From NCBI GenBank assembly GCA_050273025.1, contig CP158635.1:992001-1056000 (forward strand): a DNA stretch of 64,000 bases. The letters are read 5' to 3'. The DNA comes from Cenococcum geophilum. Lineage: Eukaryota. Positions within the stretch are counted from its first letter, which is position 1. Each line of letters starts with the position of its first letter. Below, one piece after another: positions 49,069 to 63,449 of this stretch. The notes below the pieces were generated by a model that had not been told where the DNA came from, made no database searches, and saw only the letters and a program-made list of their open reading frames with translations. The position numbers and the translations under genes were made by a program.

Positions 49069-52000
49069 TGTTAGTTACATAGGGTGACTTACTAATAACG
49101 ACTACTTAAGTAGGTTATAGTGATGTTGGTTAATAAAGCTTATTAATTAGAATGAGGAAGGGCGAGAAGCTTAAAACCCCTCACCACGCTAGTGCGGCGG
49201 CGTCACGTGATAACCGCTTGCCTTATTCCCGACACTAGTAACTCTTCTTTTATAGTTACCATCTATATATAAATACTGCTTAACTAGCGTAATAAATATT
49301 AATCCTTCTTATTTACTATTACCATTATAATATAAGTCTCGCTGTCCTAAAATTGCCTCTTAGTATATAGTGCTTTCTTGCTTAGGAGTTATAGGTAGAT
49401 ATTATATTAGGGCCGCTAAGGCGCCAGTTATAAGCGAGCTAATAGCAATTTTTTATGCTGGGTATAGAAAATCCTAATTAGCTAGTTAAAATTAGAGTCT
49501 GTAAAATATTATACTTTTACTCCCTTTTAACCTAACCTTTAACTCGCATATATAGAGTATTTGTGTTAATAAACGTTTCTAGAGCCTTATTTAGTTTTGC
49601 CTTTATTATTATATCTACTAGGTTATCTTAACTATTAATCTATTAAATCTTAAAGAGTTCTCGCCGTTTATAGGATTATTGAAGTGCTATAATGTTAATT
49701 ATAAGGCGCTTCTTCTTTATAGTACTAAGCTTAACTAAATACTTATAGAGGGAATATAAGTTGGTATATATAATTATAGGAATAGCGGGAAGTTCGAGTT
49801 AATCTATAATTATCTTTAGGGTAGTTCTAATTGCAATAGCTATATTAACTCTGCCAACTATTCTATATATCTTTAACGCTAAAACGCTTTAAGTAATGCG
49901 CTTATTTTTTTGTTAAGCTCTAATAAATAAGGTTATTGTAAATTATAAAGTTATTCTCTTTAGTAGATTTATTTGTAATAATAATCTTATATTTTAGCTA
50001 GGAGCTAAAATCTTTATTATTTATAAACGATCTATTAATAAATACGAAGAGCTTAGTAGTGGGAAGATTAATAGGTATATAGAGTAGTCCCTAATTAAGA
50101 TAGTTTATTTATTAAAAAAGACGTTTATTTAGGGCAAGAATGTCGTCCTTAGTTAGTTCCTAGTATTAGGCGGTAACAGAGAGATTAAATAAAGCCTTAG
50201 GTTAATAAATAGAGGTAATATAAGCTCCGCGGGCGCGTTACTCCATATATCTTTACTTTAGAGAATTAACGTTAATAACGTTAATCTTTTTACCTTAGTC
50301 CTTCTGGCGTAAAGTAATAGAATCCTTATTTAGGGAGAGGATATATCTATTAAAAAGCAATAGTGTTATTAAATTAAGCTTTTCCTTTAGCTTTGCTATA
50401 AGATTTGCCTTTACTAGCTTATTTTCTTTAAGAGCTAAAATTTAGTCGTCTCTTAAGATAATTATATTATTAGTTTATATACCGACAATTCTAAATAGGA
50501 TCCCTATAGTTATAATAAGGAAGTATAAATTAAATATAGAAGTAGTTATTATAAGTTTCTCTTTATAGTGCTTACTATAGGTAGCCCACTAATAAGTTTC
50601 TACCTCTGTAATTCCGTATAATAGCTTAAGTATAACTATAATTATATCTTTGGGGTATTAGTAGCGAATTTACTCTAGAAGGTATACTAATATTAAGTAC
50701 TAAAGGTGCGTCTCTAATTAGGTATAGGCCTAAGTAATATCTTATAAATAGACCGCTATTTTATTCTTTATTAAAGAGGGAGCTAGCGTAATAATAACTC
50801 GCTAACTAGCTTGTTAAATTATAGGAGATTACATAAGAATTACCTCCTTACTATTATCGTTATAACCTTAGATAATAAGCCTTAATTTCTTAAATAGGGC
50901 GTTAGTAGCTTTGCCCTTAATCTTATTAACCATTCTTAACTTAAAGATATAAACTCTATTAAACTTAATAGGGTTATACTTTTTGAATTTAAAGACTCCT
51001 CTTATAATAAGACCATCGATCTCCTACTTATTAAATGCTTAGAAAGGAGCTCTAGAAGTTATAATATGACCTTCCTTTTAAAGCTGTTTTGCAAGCTTAA
51101 AGTTAGCCTTCTCCTTAGCTATTATAAAGGTTATTAATAACTTAACTCTATTCTTAATAGTGGCAATAAATTGCTCTTTAAAATTAATAAGATATTAGTA
51201 ATTTTGTAATCCTTTTAGGCAACCTCTACCGCGTCATAGTTGCGGCACCTCTACTATAATTATATTAGAATTATAGTCGCCTTCTAGAGCACGTTAATTA
51301 TAGTTTTCCTTTAGGGTATTTTATAAAGGTTTAGAACTGTTATCTTTATAATAAGGCTTAATAACAGTTAAACGGAATTAAGTGGGTCTGTAAGGCATCT
51401 AAATAGTATAAGTTTAACTATTAATTATAATAAGTTAATGTGGGCCTAACTATCCTCCCTTTTACGCTATACGCGTACCTTAGACTAAAGTGGTAAATTA
51501 AGTATAGTTAAGGTATTTAGGCTATTTCTTATTCCTAGTGCGTTTTTAACCTAGTATATAGCGTAGAGACGTTATACTTCCTTTATTACCTTATAAATAG
51601 CCTTAGCTTATTATATAATAGAGGGATATAGTAGAGAATTATTAGTTATTTAAGGGTAGGCGCTAAAGACTAGTAATGTAGGTATAAGTCCATCCGGGCT
51701 AGCGGAATTATTAATAGCTTTAATAGCTATTTATAAGGTAAGTTTTTTACTAGTATCCTCTAGTTCTAAAAAGATAATCTTATATACATGGTGTAATGGC
51801 GCGTAATATCGCTCTACTTTTTTAATACTATTATATGCCTTAATAGGGACTTCCTTAACCTTAATTACTATTGCCTTTATCTATTATTAAAACTCTATAG
51901 ATAAGAAGTTCTTTTCTATATTATAGACGATTTAATTAGGGGGTTTTAGGTAAATATTAATCTAGTATAATTATAGGGTATCCTATATATTCCTAGCTAA

Positions 52001-53350
52001 TATATCCTTTAAGAAACGTACGGCTTAAAAGGAAGTTAAGAAGTTAATAACTTAGAGTACTAGCTTACTATTAAGATATATAACATTAACAATAATATAG
52101 AAGTTAAAGTTGTAGTTATCTTTAAGGGTAAACTTAAATCGGCTAGGGGACTTCTGGTTTATTTAGTAGTAATAGTAATACTTTATAAGATACTTAATTG
52201 CCTTAACCTTGACTTTATAGCCTGCTTATTAAAGAACCCTAAGCAATTAATAAACGGATAGGTGGCTAAAATGACGGTGTAGTTAATATAACTCTAACTT
52301 AGTTAGGTAGCTTTAAGCAATACTCTTTTCTAGTTAATAAAGGAGCAACTAAGGGTAACCCTACTTGCGCATAACGGGTACCTAATTATCTCCCTAAATA
52401 GGTACATTCTTAAGGTTATTAAGCTTAATACCTAATTTATTTATATCTTTAATGTAAAATAAAAATAGGGTGTTTATAGGAATAATATAAAAAGTAATAT
52501 ACCCTAAGGGGGTTTAGACCCTAATTGTGCTAAAAGAGATTATAGTACCCTTACTAAAACGAATTGTATATTAGCCTGCCGTTAAATAGTTAATTTAAAT
52601 AGAGTTATTAAGCTACTAAAGGGCTTAAACTTAAGGTTCTCCTACTATAGATACTCCTACGGCTCTAGTATCTGGCATAATACCGTAAAAGATATTCGCT
52701 AAGTATTTATTATTAAAGAAGAACGCGGAGCTCTCCTTTAGCTTATTAAAGATATTTAACTTTATAATAGAATAGAGCGTAGATTAGTTATTAAGAATAG
52801 TAACGGTTTATATACTATCTACCTTACTATACTTAGTAAAGTATTAGTCGGGTAAGTAGTTCTTAATTTCTATATCTATAAGAAGTTATTTGGCCTTATT
52901 AACCTTACCCTTAAGATCTTTTACGCCTTTACACTAAACCAGGAAGCTTTAGAAGTAGGCTATAGTGGTTTTATAATTTTTAACATTTCCTATACTTTAG
53001 CGAAACTTATTATATACCTCCTTTTATTTATTAAAAAAATACCTAGTTAACTAGTAATCTGGTTTCTTACAAATATAGCACTTTTTTTAGCAATTACTTT
53101 AAAATAAACCTCTATAAGGACCTCCACCTTTACCTTATAGTCGTTAATTATACCCTTTACTATATTACCTACTACGGCTACTATATATTTAATTAGTCTA
53201 GTTATAATTATATTAGTTAAGCAGGTTAATTAAAGTAGGTTAGAGCTAGGCGTTAAATTACTATACTTCTTAAGAGCGTAAAGTAGTGCTAATAGAAGAT
53301 TTTAATTAAATATATATACCTTTATAAGTATTTACAGGATTAAAGAGAGT
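49069..53350 (-). mobile_element. Element F: second GalEa-like Ty1/Copia; 3' LTR plus pol and part of gag, interrupted by G; 5' end outside the window
   Basis: 3' LTR 49069-49234 (TG...CA); minus-strand RNase H ending ...VEGWVKRE* ~49518; QTDD ~50470; HRxFGH ~52265; protease PDTGAA ~52665. Only one LTR is visible. Confidence 0.85.
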
Positions 53351-55498
53351 TATTACGGCATTAGCAGAACTTTGCGGTCACGTAACTAGAGATATCTGCA
53401 TAAAAAAACCCTTTTTTAACTGGCGCTGCTCTCCTTCTCCTTTCCTTTCTCTAGCTTTAGATTCTTGTTTATAGACAATTTAATTATATAGGCTTGCGCG
53501 TCCCTTTTGCTATACCCATGCCTTAATTAACTAAGTCGCTAATATTATCTAAAGCTCTCTCTACTTTTTCTTCCTAAGAAGGAACTTAAATATATCTATA
53601 AAACTATAAATAGGACAAGAACATAAAATAGGACCCTAAGGATATTACTAGGACCATAAGGATAGGACATAAAAGAAAAGAATAAAACCCTAAGGAAAGG
53701 ACCTATAAGACACGCACAGACTAGAACCCCTAAAGAAATTACCTAGAATTACCTAATACCCCTACTACTATGCCACGAAATATAGTAGCAGGTAAAGCAG
53801 CTATAGGACCCTTAAATACTTCAGATAAAGAAACAATTAACGTTTTAACCCCCTAGGTGGAGCTTGCGGCTACTAATACTAAAATTAAATAACTGTAAGA
53901 GCTACTTAAAGCTAGAGATACCCCTATATCTAATAATAAGTTATTATTAAATAACTAAAGACTTGCTATAGTCCTTTAGGCCCTATTTTAGCGCCTTAGT
54001 GGATTTACTAAGGCCTATATAGTACCAAAGCAGTCGGTAAAGATTATAGATCCCCTACTACTTACAGACGGAACTGACCCTATATTTAATAATTAGAAGC
54101 TTTAATTACGGGATAAGCTTAAAGTTAATATAGACTACTTCCCTAACGCCTAAGCTAGAATAGCCTATATCTTTAGCTATATTAGTGGAGATGCTTAGAC
54201 GCATTTACGCCTGCAATATACTAAAGACTCAGCAGACCCCTTTATCTCTAAAGAAGAAATAATTAAATACTTATCTTCTATTTATAAAGACCCTTTTAAA
54301 GTATAAAACACCCGCCTTAGCTATAAAAGCCTAAACATAAAAATAACGGAGACCTTTTTAGCCTTCTAAACCCGCTTTTTATACCTAGCCAGATAGGCCT
54401 AAATCCCCTAAAAAGACCTACTACTAGACCTCTTTAATAAGCTTACCCTAGACCTATAGCGGGCCGTATTACCAGCTTATATTACGGCTTAGACATTAAA
54501 GGAACTTATAGACTATTACCTAGCTATTAACTAAGGCCTTTATTAAATTAAGGCACGCGCTAATTAGCTAAAAACTAGAAACCTTGCAAACTAGGCCGTA
54601 AGTACTATAAGTACGGCCCATAGTGCCCTAGTATAATTAGCAACTCCTATAATTAACCTAGTAGCTAGCTGTGCAGCTACCCCTACTACGGGCCTAGTAT
54701 ATACCCAGCCTATATATAGCGACCCCTATATATAGGCCTTTAGCAATTAAGGAGCTTACTTTTTATACGGTTAAATAGGCTACCCTATAAGGAACTACCT
54801 AATAAAGGTAAAGATAAATAAGGTCCTATTAATTTAGGAGGATATTACAGAGCTAGAAAAAGAGGAACCCTAAAGAAAGACTCTTCTCTAGGGTTAAAAG
54901 GGATTAATATATTATATATTAATTTAGATCAGCTAGTTAGTAAAAAAAGCTGCACTATCTCTTATACTTTATTCCGCAATAGATATTAAGTTTTAACTTT
55001 TGCTTTAGCTAACTTAGGAGTAAATGCCTTTACCTTAATTAACATAAAGTACGCTGTAAAACTAGCTAACTTTTTAAATATACCCCTTAAAGAACTGCCT
55101 AAACTAATCCCTATTTGCGGTTATAACGGATAAATAGGGCCACCTATTATAACTATCTTACGGATTTACCTCCGCGTTAACGAATAAAGGTAGTTTAATA
55201 TCCCCTTCCTTATTATAGACCTTGGAAGCTATAATATAATCTTAAAAAGAAAATAGCTAGCCTATTTAGGCTTATAGCTTAACGTATAGAATAGGCAGCT
55301 TATTTAGCCTAAAACTATGCCCCTAACGCCTTCCTTTATAAAAGAGATTAGTATTATAATAGAAAACCTTATACGGCCGTAAATAAACACCGTTTACTAG
55401 GCTAATGCAACGCGTAAAAACTAGGATTTTAAGAAGGATATATAGCTTAATCCGCAACAGATTTATATACTACACTGCCCCTAAACTACTTATATTAT

Positions 55499-58400
55499 TG
55501 TAACGGAACCTTATAGCAAGAACTACGATGGGCTCGTTATTAGGCTAGGTGTGTAGGAAATGTAAGTACAAAAGTTAAGAACGTAATAACAACTAGTGGA
55601 GTGGTTGCCTAACAAATTAACTCCAATTATATTCTAAGAATTACTATAAAGAAGGAACTATCTAGGTAGGGACTAAGGGTCCTTAAATACATAACCGTAC
55701 TCCTATAAAATCCTTTTTATATATAATATACGTCTTATACGTAAGGTATATAAGTTCCTCTTATTCCTCTCATTTAATATATAGCATATTATATAACCTT
55801 AGTTACTATTCCTTGTTACATAGTTCTATCGGCTCTATCTTAAACCGTGCCTAAATTAACTAACTAGCTTCTTTTGTCTCTTCTCCAAGTAGTTATAATA
55901 TTGTACTTAAAGCGTCCGTAACACCATCTCCCTCCTCTTTATCTTTGTCCTTAAAGATTTAAAACATCTCTAAGTTATTTACTAGAGGTGTAATATCCGT
56001 CTAATTAATTTGGTTAATATTATTGCTTATTATACCTAAAGTAATTTCTTCTTTATACGCCCAACGTCGTGCCCGCACTATTGCTGCAATATTATCTTTT
56101 AGTAAGATTATGCCGTCTCTATATTCTCGTTGTTTAAAAAAGGGGTTAGTTTATATTGCGTTGGCGAACCTATCTTTATAATAACCGTCCTCTTACTCGG
56201 AGTATACTAAAGCAAATATTTATTCATCCTGTGACGTTCGCTCTACTTCTAATACTAAGTATACGCGACCTATTACTCTTAATAGTTATCTAGTTCCCTA
56301 ATTAATTTATCTTAAGGTCTCGTATTTAATCTGCTGCTACGCGGCTAGATAGTAAACTATTACAAGCTCTTACTAAGTTAAAACATTCCCGTAACGCGGA
56401 ACAGAAGGCTCTAAATACTTAAATTACGGCATCTACTCGTCTGCTTTGTCTTAAGAAGGGTTATAAAAAGGTTTATTTTAAGGAGTAGAAACTTATAAAA
56501 CAAGGTCTATAGGAACTAGGTAATAAAAAAACGGATTCTCCTCTAACAGAGAAAGAAATAGATCCGAGTAGTTTAGTAAATATTCTTCTTAAGTCCCCCT
56601 TAGGTGACTTATTCTTTAGCAATTCTTCTTTATTAATGCTGCCTAACCTAATCTCTTCTAATACTCCTATACCTTTCCCATAGCGTTCTTTAAATTCTCT
56701 AGTAGCTCCTAGGTAGTCTTAGTATAGCCTATCCACTTAACCTCGTACTATGTTTTATTATTAATATCCTTATAATTAACAATCTTTAAAACTTGCCATT
56801 CGTCTTCTTTTTATCCTCTATATATGTCTACTTTATAGACCGGTGGCTTAATATTCCTATATGCTAGCTCTAGCATTGCAATATACTATATAGGGTAGAT
56901 CTTTATTTTGGCTAGTAGGTTTAACTTAAATATAACCGGTAAAATCCTTTATATAATTTCAAAAGGTCCTAGTTTAACGTGGTCCAATTTCTTACTTAGT
57001 CGTTAACTCTTAAAATTTTTGTATAGTAGCCACACTTTATCTCCCTCCTTAAGATCTGGTCCCTTAGATCTCTTAGCATTATAATACCTTTTCATTTTCT
57101 ACTATACTACCTTAGCTGTCTCTATAAGGTCTGCATAAAGATTTATTAAATCCTTTATTCTTTCTTTAGCTATACTACTTATTTTCTTTACTTACTATAA
57201 TAATAACAATATTCTTAGCTTATATCCATAATTTGCCTTAAATAGTAATATGCCTATTCCTTCTTAAGGTGTTGTATTATACGCAAACTATATAACTAGT
57301 AATAGTAATACCTAATTATTCTATGCATAATTAATATAATGCCTTAGATATTATTCTAGTGTCTAGTTTAATCTTTCCGTTTAACCGTCTGTTTATAAAT
57401 AATATATAGTAGAAGTTACTGCTTAAACTCCTTACTCCGCTAAGAATACTTCCTAAAATACTGCTACGAATCTTAGATCTCTATCCAATATAATTTTGCT
57501 TAGTGCTCCATATCTTATAAACACTTTTTTAATATAGATTCTAGCGACATCTTCCGCTAAAATTTCTTCTGTATATGCTATAAAGTATCCCTACTTTATA
57601 AGCTTATCCACTATTACTAAGATCACATTATAATCTTATCCGGTAATAGGGTCCTTTAATTTTAGCAACTTAATAATAAAGTCCCATAATATAACCTCCT
57701 ATAGTCTCTTTAGTATTTTAATAGGTTGTAGCCCTCTATATGGCTTATACCTCATCAGTTTATTCCTTTAGTAGTTTAGATATTCCTTTATAACTTTTCT
57801 AGCTATTCTTTAAATTCTATTAATAATGTATTCCTCCTAAAGTCTTAACACTAAGCCTATAGCCCCATTGTGTCCTTAAGTTAGTCCCTTATAGAAGTCT
57901 TCTATAAACTACTCTGCTATACTTCTTAGGATATACTTTACTTCTCAATTTTTGTATATATCCGTCTATAGATCTTCTAGCTATACTTTTAGAATTCTTT
58001 GTGCCTAAAAGCTTTCTAGTATCTTATAGACTTTCTCTAGTTTATCATCTTCTTAAGTTACTACAATTTTTAGATAATTATACCTAATTAATCTATCTAT
58101 ATCTTTTCGCAATAAAGCCCCCAATAGCTTTTCCTTATTTTATAGTTCAGCTTTACGGCTCAGAGCATCTACCCGCGTATTATCTATACCTTTAGTATAC
58201 TAAATCTTAAAATAGTATTCTATAAGCATCTCTGCCTATCTAACCTATCTTTAGTTAAGTTCCTTCGTCGTTAGAAATCCTATTAGGTTCTTATAATCTG
58301 TCTTAATTATAAATAGTTTCTCTATGCCTTACAAGAATACCCTTTATTCCTTTAATACTGTAACTATACCTAACAACTCCTTATTATAGATGTTATAGTT

Positions 58401-61400
58401 CAGCTCTAGTAGTGTTATCATCCAACTATAGTATGCTACTAGGTGCCATCTATCTTAATACCTTTGCATAAAGCACGCCCCTAGTATATAGTCTAATGCA
58501 TCTATCTTTACAACCATCTTTAGTCCTAGTTAATAGATTTTAAGAACTAGCTCCTAGGTAAATAACTCTTTAACTTTCTTAAAAAGTTCTCTTTACTCCT
58601 CTTCCTATACCTATAGTTCTTCTTTCTTTATTAACCGCGTAAATGGCTTAATATCCTTTAACCACTGCGCTATAAACCTTCTGCAGTAATTATAAAACCC
58701 TAGAAATAATCTTAACTATATAACGTTCTCTAGTTCCTACCAATTTACTATAGCCTTAATCTTTTTTAGATCTATACCAAGTTAGCCTAGTTTAATAATA
58801 AATCTAACAAAATCGGTCTTCCTAGTGAAGAACTCACATTTCTTAATTACTACTAGCATCTGTTCTTCCTATAGTCTCTTTAAGACCCATTTAACGTATT
58901 CCCCGTATTCTTCCTTAGTCATTAAGTAGATAATAATATCGTTAAGATATACTATAACAAATTCATCTAAGTATTCTCCTAATATATTGTTAATACGTTT
59001 TTAGAATATTGCTGGTGCGTTTATAAGCCCAAATTATATAACTAATAGTTTATACAGTCCTTCTTTTAACCTAAAGGCTACCTTATATTTATTACCTTCC
59101 TTAATCCTAATCTAATAATACACCCATCTCAGATTTATCTTTATAAAGATTTGTGTATTACCTATCCTATCTTAAATTTCGCTAATTAAGGGTAAAAAAT
59201 ACCTATCCTTTTTGGTAATACTATTTAACTATCTATAGTTAATACACAGCCTTAATTTACCATTTTTCTTTAATACAAATAGTACTAGATAACCCGCTGA
59301 TAATTGCGATAGTCTAATATATCCCTTTTATAGATTTTCCTAGATAAACTCTTTTAACGCTCTACCTTTTTCTTTAGTAAGCTTATAGATTAGAAAGAAC
59401 TTTAGACTTATCCCTAGTTCCAATTCTATCTTATAATCCCATACTATATATTCTAACAGCCTTTTACTTTCTAGTAACTATAGTTTTTTGCCATACTTAT
59501 AGTATTTCTTTAGTACATAACTTAGTCCTTTTTCTATTTCTTTATAGGTTGCTTCTACTTAGTACCATACCAACTTAGCTTATTATCGCATCTTATAGCG
59601 TTAAGTATTTCTAATATTAACCTAACTTGTAATCTAATTAATCCTTAGATTATATTCCTATAACTAAGGCATGCCTAATACTGCCTTATCCCGTCCTAAT
59701 AGTAGGATATCAAAAGACATCTTAATTTATCTTCCTTTAATAGTTATCTAAATAGGTCCTATTTTAAGATTAATAATCCCTCCTCTATAGGTTATTAGAT
59801 CCCCTAAAATTATAACTAATAGGTAAGGTTACTCCTTTTGTCTATAAGGTAGTCCCATTCTCTTAACTACTGTTAGTAAGATATGGTTTCGCGTTGCTCC
59901 ACTATCTATTAACGCTTCAAACTGCTAATCTTGCCAATTAATTCGTAAATTTAGGTATCATCCTTAAATTCCTTTAAGGGTCTAAGGCTCTACTACTAGC
60001 TCCCTCTAGTCCCGTAGGCCTCTACTTTTCCTAACTATTAGCTGCTTAATCCTAGTATACTTGGCTTACTCTTTAGCTAATACCTAGTTCGCTTTTTATC
60101 TTTAATATACCATAGACATATATTTTCTAGGTATTCCCACCACTATCGTCCATTTAAGTATTCTTCCATAAGGAATCTTCCTAGTTAAAGTACTACGCTT
60201 CCTTCCTCTTAGACCTCTGCTAGATGCCATCCATATATATATTTAGCATTCCTATACTATTACTCGTCTGTTATCTAGTATATTCTTACAAAGTATTTCT
60301 AATTCTTTTCCTTTAGATTCTTATATATTTCGCATATATCGTCTATATACGCAATCTATAATAATGTGTAGTATACTAGGTGCTTTAGGTTAACTCTTAG
60401 CTCGTCTTTATCCCTAAGTTTAAACCTTTATTATACTGATCTAAACGTTATAACTTTATTTGTAGGTACTAAGATGCGTCTTTTACTTCTCTAGTCCTCT
60501 AAATATTCCTCTAGATCCTTTAACGTTATAATTAAGGCTCCTTTAATATATGTTATAGCCTTTTCTATAATTGGGTGGTCCTAGATAACTTTTTCATCTA
60601 ACCATATATAGAAATCTTCCCACTTATTATTATGCCTTTGCCTATACCACTTTTGGTACAGCTGCTAGAGTGTATATAGTCTGTCTATAAGGAAGTATCT
60701 TCTTATTACTATATTATAATAGCCCTTTATGTGTTGTTCTTTGAACCTAGTTAGAATCCCTAGATCCTCTTTACTTTCCAGTTTAATAAGCTACTTAGCT
60801 CTTAGTATGCCTGCTCTCAGCCTATTAATGATTTTTTATACTAGTGCTCTGTCCTTTATACGTCCCAATATGCTAGATCTCTTATCTAGTTTCTGTTCTT
60901 ACCATATAATAATTCTTTGCTTAAACTCTTTTATAGTTTCTTTTAGTTTACACCTTACGCTTTAATCCTTAAAGTTATCTTGCTTCTTAATCCTAGTATT
61001 AAACTTTCGATCTTTAGGCTAAACACTACGTTCCCCTAGTAAGTCTTCTAGGTCTATATATCTGTCTCCTAGTCTAACTGCTATTTATATTACAGATTCT
61101 CTAATCTATAAAGAAGCTTCTTGCCTCTTATCTATGGGTGCCCTTATTTATACTCCAAAATCTTAGTCCCTTAGATTCTTTAATCCTAAGCTTACTTCTA
61201 ACTTAAGTTTAGCTCCCGCCTTAGTCTAACTAAGCATCTATAGTGTTCTCATCTTATCTTAAGAGTCTTAAATCTTACTTATCTCGTCTTAAGAGTCTTA
61301 TATCTGTGGGAAACTTTATCCTAAGCTTATTTATATGTTTCTAAACTAAGCTACTGCCCTGCTCTATCGGTTTTCGTCTGTTATAGGTCCTAGGGTATAC

Positions 61401-63449
61401 CTTATCTCATCTTAAGAATCTTAGTCGTCTCTTATCTCATCTTAAGAATCTCAAGCCTTTAGCCTTTTACCTTTATTAAGTGCCGAAGTAGTTCACTATC
61501 CTACTTCTCTTACGTCTTATAAAGCGATAGACATTATGTCTAGTAGGGTTTCAATCCCTACTAATATTCCTTATTCTATAGTGGAATTATCCTCTGCCTC
61601 TAGTATAATATCTCTAAGGTCTACTTGCTCCCAGTAAGCGGCCCTTATTGCCTTATTATTACGGAATATTTCGCTTAGGTCAAATTTATCGTTCTTAATA
61701 TCCAATCTGCGAACTAGTTTATTAGTTCCTCTATATTCTATAGGTGCTAGCTCTTGTAGCTAATAGCTTACGCCATACTTAGCGTCCTTATAAATTTGGC
61801 ATACGTTATTATAACAAAACATAAAACTTCTAATTAAACATTCTTTTGTTCCTCGTAGCATATTATCGTCCCTCTATACATATATATTATCTGCTAGTCT
61901 TATACCCTTTACTATATAGTAACTCTACCCACTTCTACAGTCTTTAACGTAATAACCCTATTTTCCGCAATTTATATAAGCTCCTTCTTTAAACCATTTC
62001 TCTTGCTATAGAGTCCGCCTAAATGTCTTCTGCTATTAAGATCCCTAATTTAGCCTTTACTCCTTAGACCTTTAATTACTTAATCCTTATCCTCTAGGTT
62101 TTTATAGTTTACTCTATCTTTTATAGGCTTCTTTAGTACCACTTAGGTCTATTAGCTCTGCGCCATACTATAGTTTCTAACTTAGCTTTTATTATTATAT
62201 ATTCTGCGCCTTATATAACTATAGAACTCTATCCTAGCCTCTCTTAGCCTATTCCCTTTAGTAGATCTAATTATTAATCTTAATTACCTAATCTATTAGT
62301 TCCCTTAGGGTGTCCGCATCTTCCATTAGAATAATTACGTCCTAGACTTTAGCCTTAAGTCCCTATTTATACTGTGCCATAAGCGCCCTATTATTCCACT
62401 CTACTTATATTGCTAGCGTCTGGAACTATATTATATACTTAATTACTAAAGTTCGTTATACGAGGTTCTAGAGTTTTCTTTCCGCTATAGTTATTTCTTC
62501 TAGGTCTCTAAATATCTACGTAAGTCGTTCTACAAATCCTTCCCAACTTAAGAATATAAATCGCATATCTTAATTAGTAGTCGTTATTCCGTTTACCTAT
62601 ATCTCCATAAGGTAAGATTTAAACCACTTAAGTGCTTTTCCTAATAAGAATAGTCCTGTATAGGCTATCCAATCCACAGGTATAGGTAACTTTACTCCCT
62701 CCTATAAGACCTTAAAGTACATTTATATAAGAAATCCTTTAAGCTTTAACCTCTCTCCTATAAATCTCTTAATTAATAGTAGCTTAATCTTTACTGCTCC
62801 TATCCTATTAAGTCTTTCTTCCAACACTATATTATTAGCTATTAGCTAGTTAACTATTTCCTATAGCTATCCGATCGTCATAGGTTGCTATAAGTTAGTA
62901 TCTGCTATACTAGTATCACCTCCTGTCCTTAAAGTAGTTGCTGCTGTTAATAGCGTTATAGTAGCTGCTTTTAGTGGCATGTTATTTAACTTCTTATATT
63001 AATACTATAACTAGGTAGTAATTATATAACGGAACCTTATAGCAAGAACTATAATAGGCTCGTTATTAGGCTAGGTATATAGGAAATGCAAGTATAAAAG
63101 TTAAGAACGTAATAATAACTAGTAGAGTGGTTGCCTAATAGATTAACTCCAATTATATTCTAAGAATCACTATAAAGAAGGAACTATCTAGGTAGAGACT
63201 AAGGGTCCTTAAATACATAACCGTACTCCTATGAAATCCTTCTTATACGTGATGTACGTCTTATATATAAGGTATATAAGTTCCTCTCGTTCCTCTCGTT
63301 TAATACGTAGCACATTATATGACCTTAGTTACCATTCCTCGTCACATGGTTCTATCGGCTCTATCCTAGACCGTGCCTAAATTAACCAACTAGCTTCTTC
63401 CGTCTCTTCTCCAAGTAGTCGTAACATCGTACTTAAAGCGTCCGTAATA
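55499..63449 (-). mobile_element. Element H: full-length (7,951 bp) Ty3/Gypsy chromovirus with long gag extension and a 3' antisense ORF
   Basis: 425-bp LTRs 55499-55923 and 63025-63449; TSD ATTAT; PPT aaagaggagggagatgg; gag ATG 62980; CCHC ~61940-61980; protease I(D)SGATRNH ~59885-59910; RT YL(D)D ~58940; chromodomain ~56690-56800; pol stop ~56616. Confidence 0.95.
56032..56683 (+). pseudogene. Antisense accessory gene of element H: Zn2Cys6-type cluster plus coiled coil (RIP-mutated; 3' end approximate)
   Basis: Frame from 56032 reads M-P-S-x-(Y>C)-S-R-C-LKKGLV-(Y>C)-13 aa-(Y>C)-S-E-(Y>C)-TKANIxSS-C-DV. Four Cys codons appear as TAT/TAC, the expected RIP products of TGT/TGC. A helical, charged segment follows after a probable intron. 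Confidence 0.65.
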
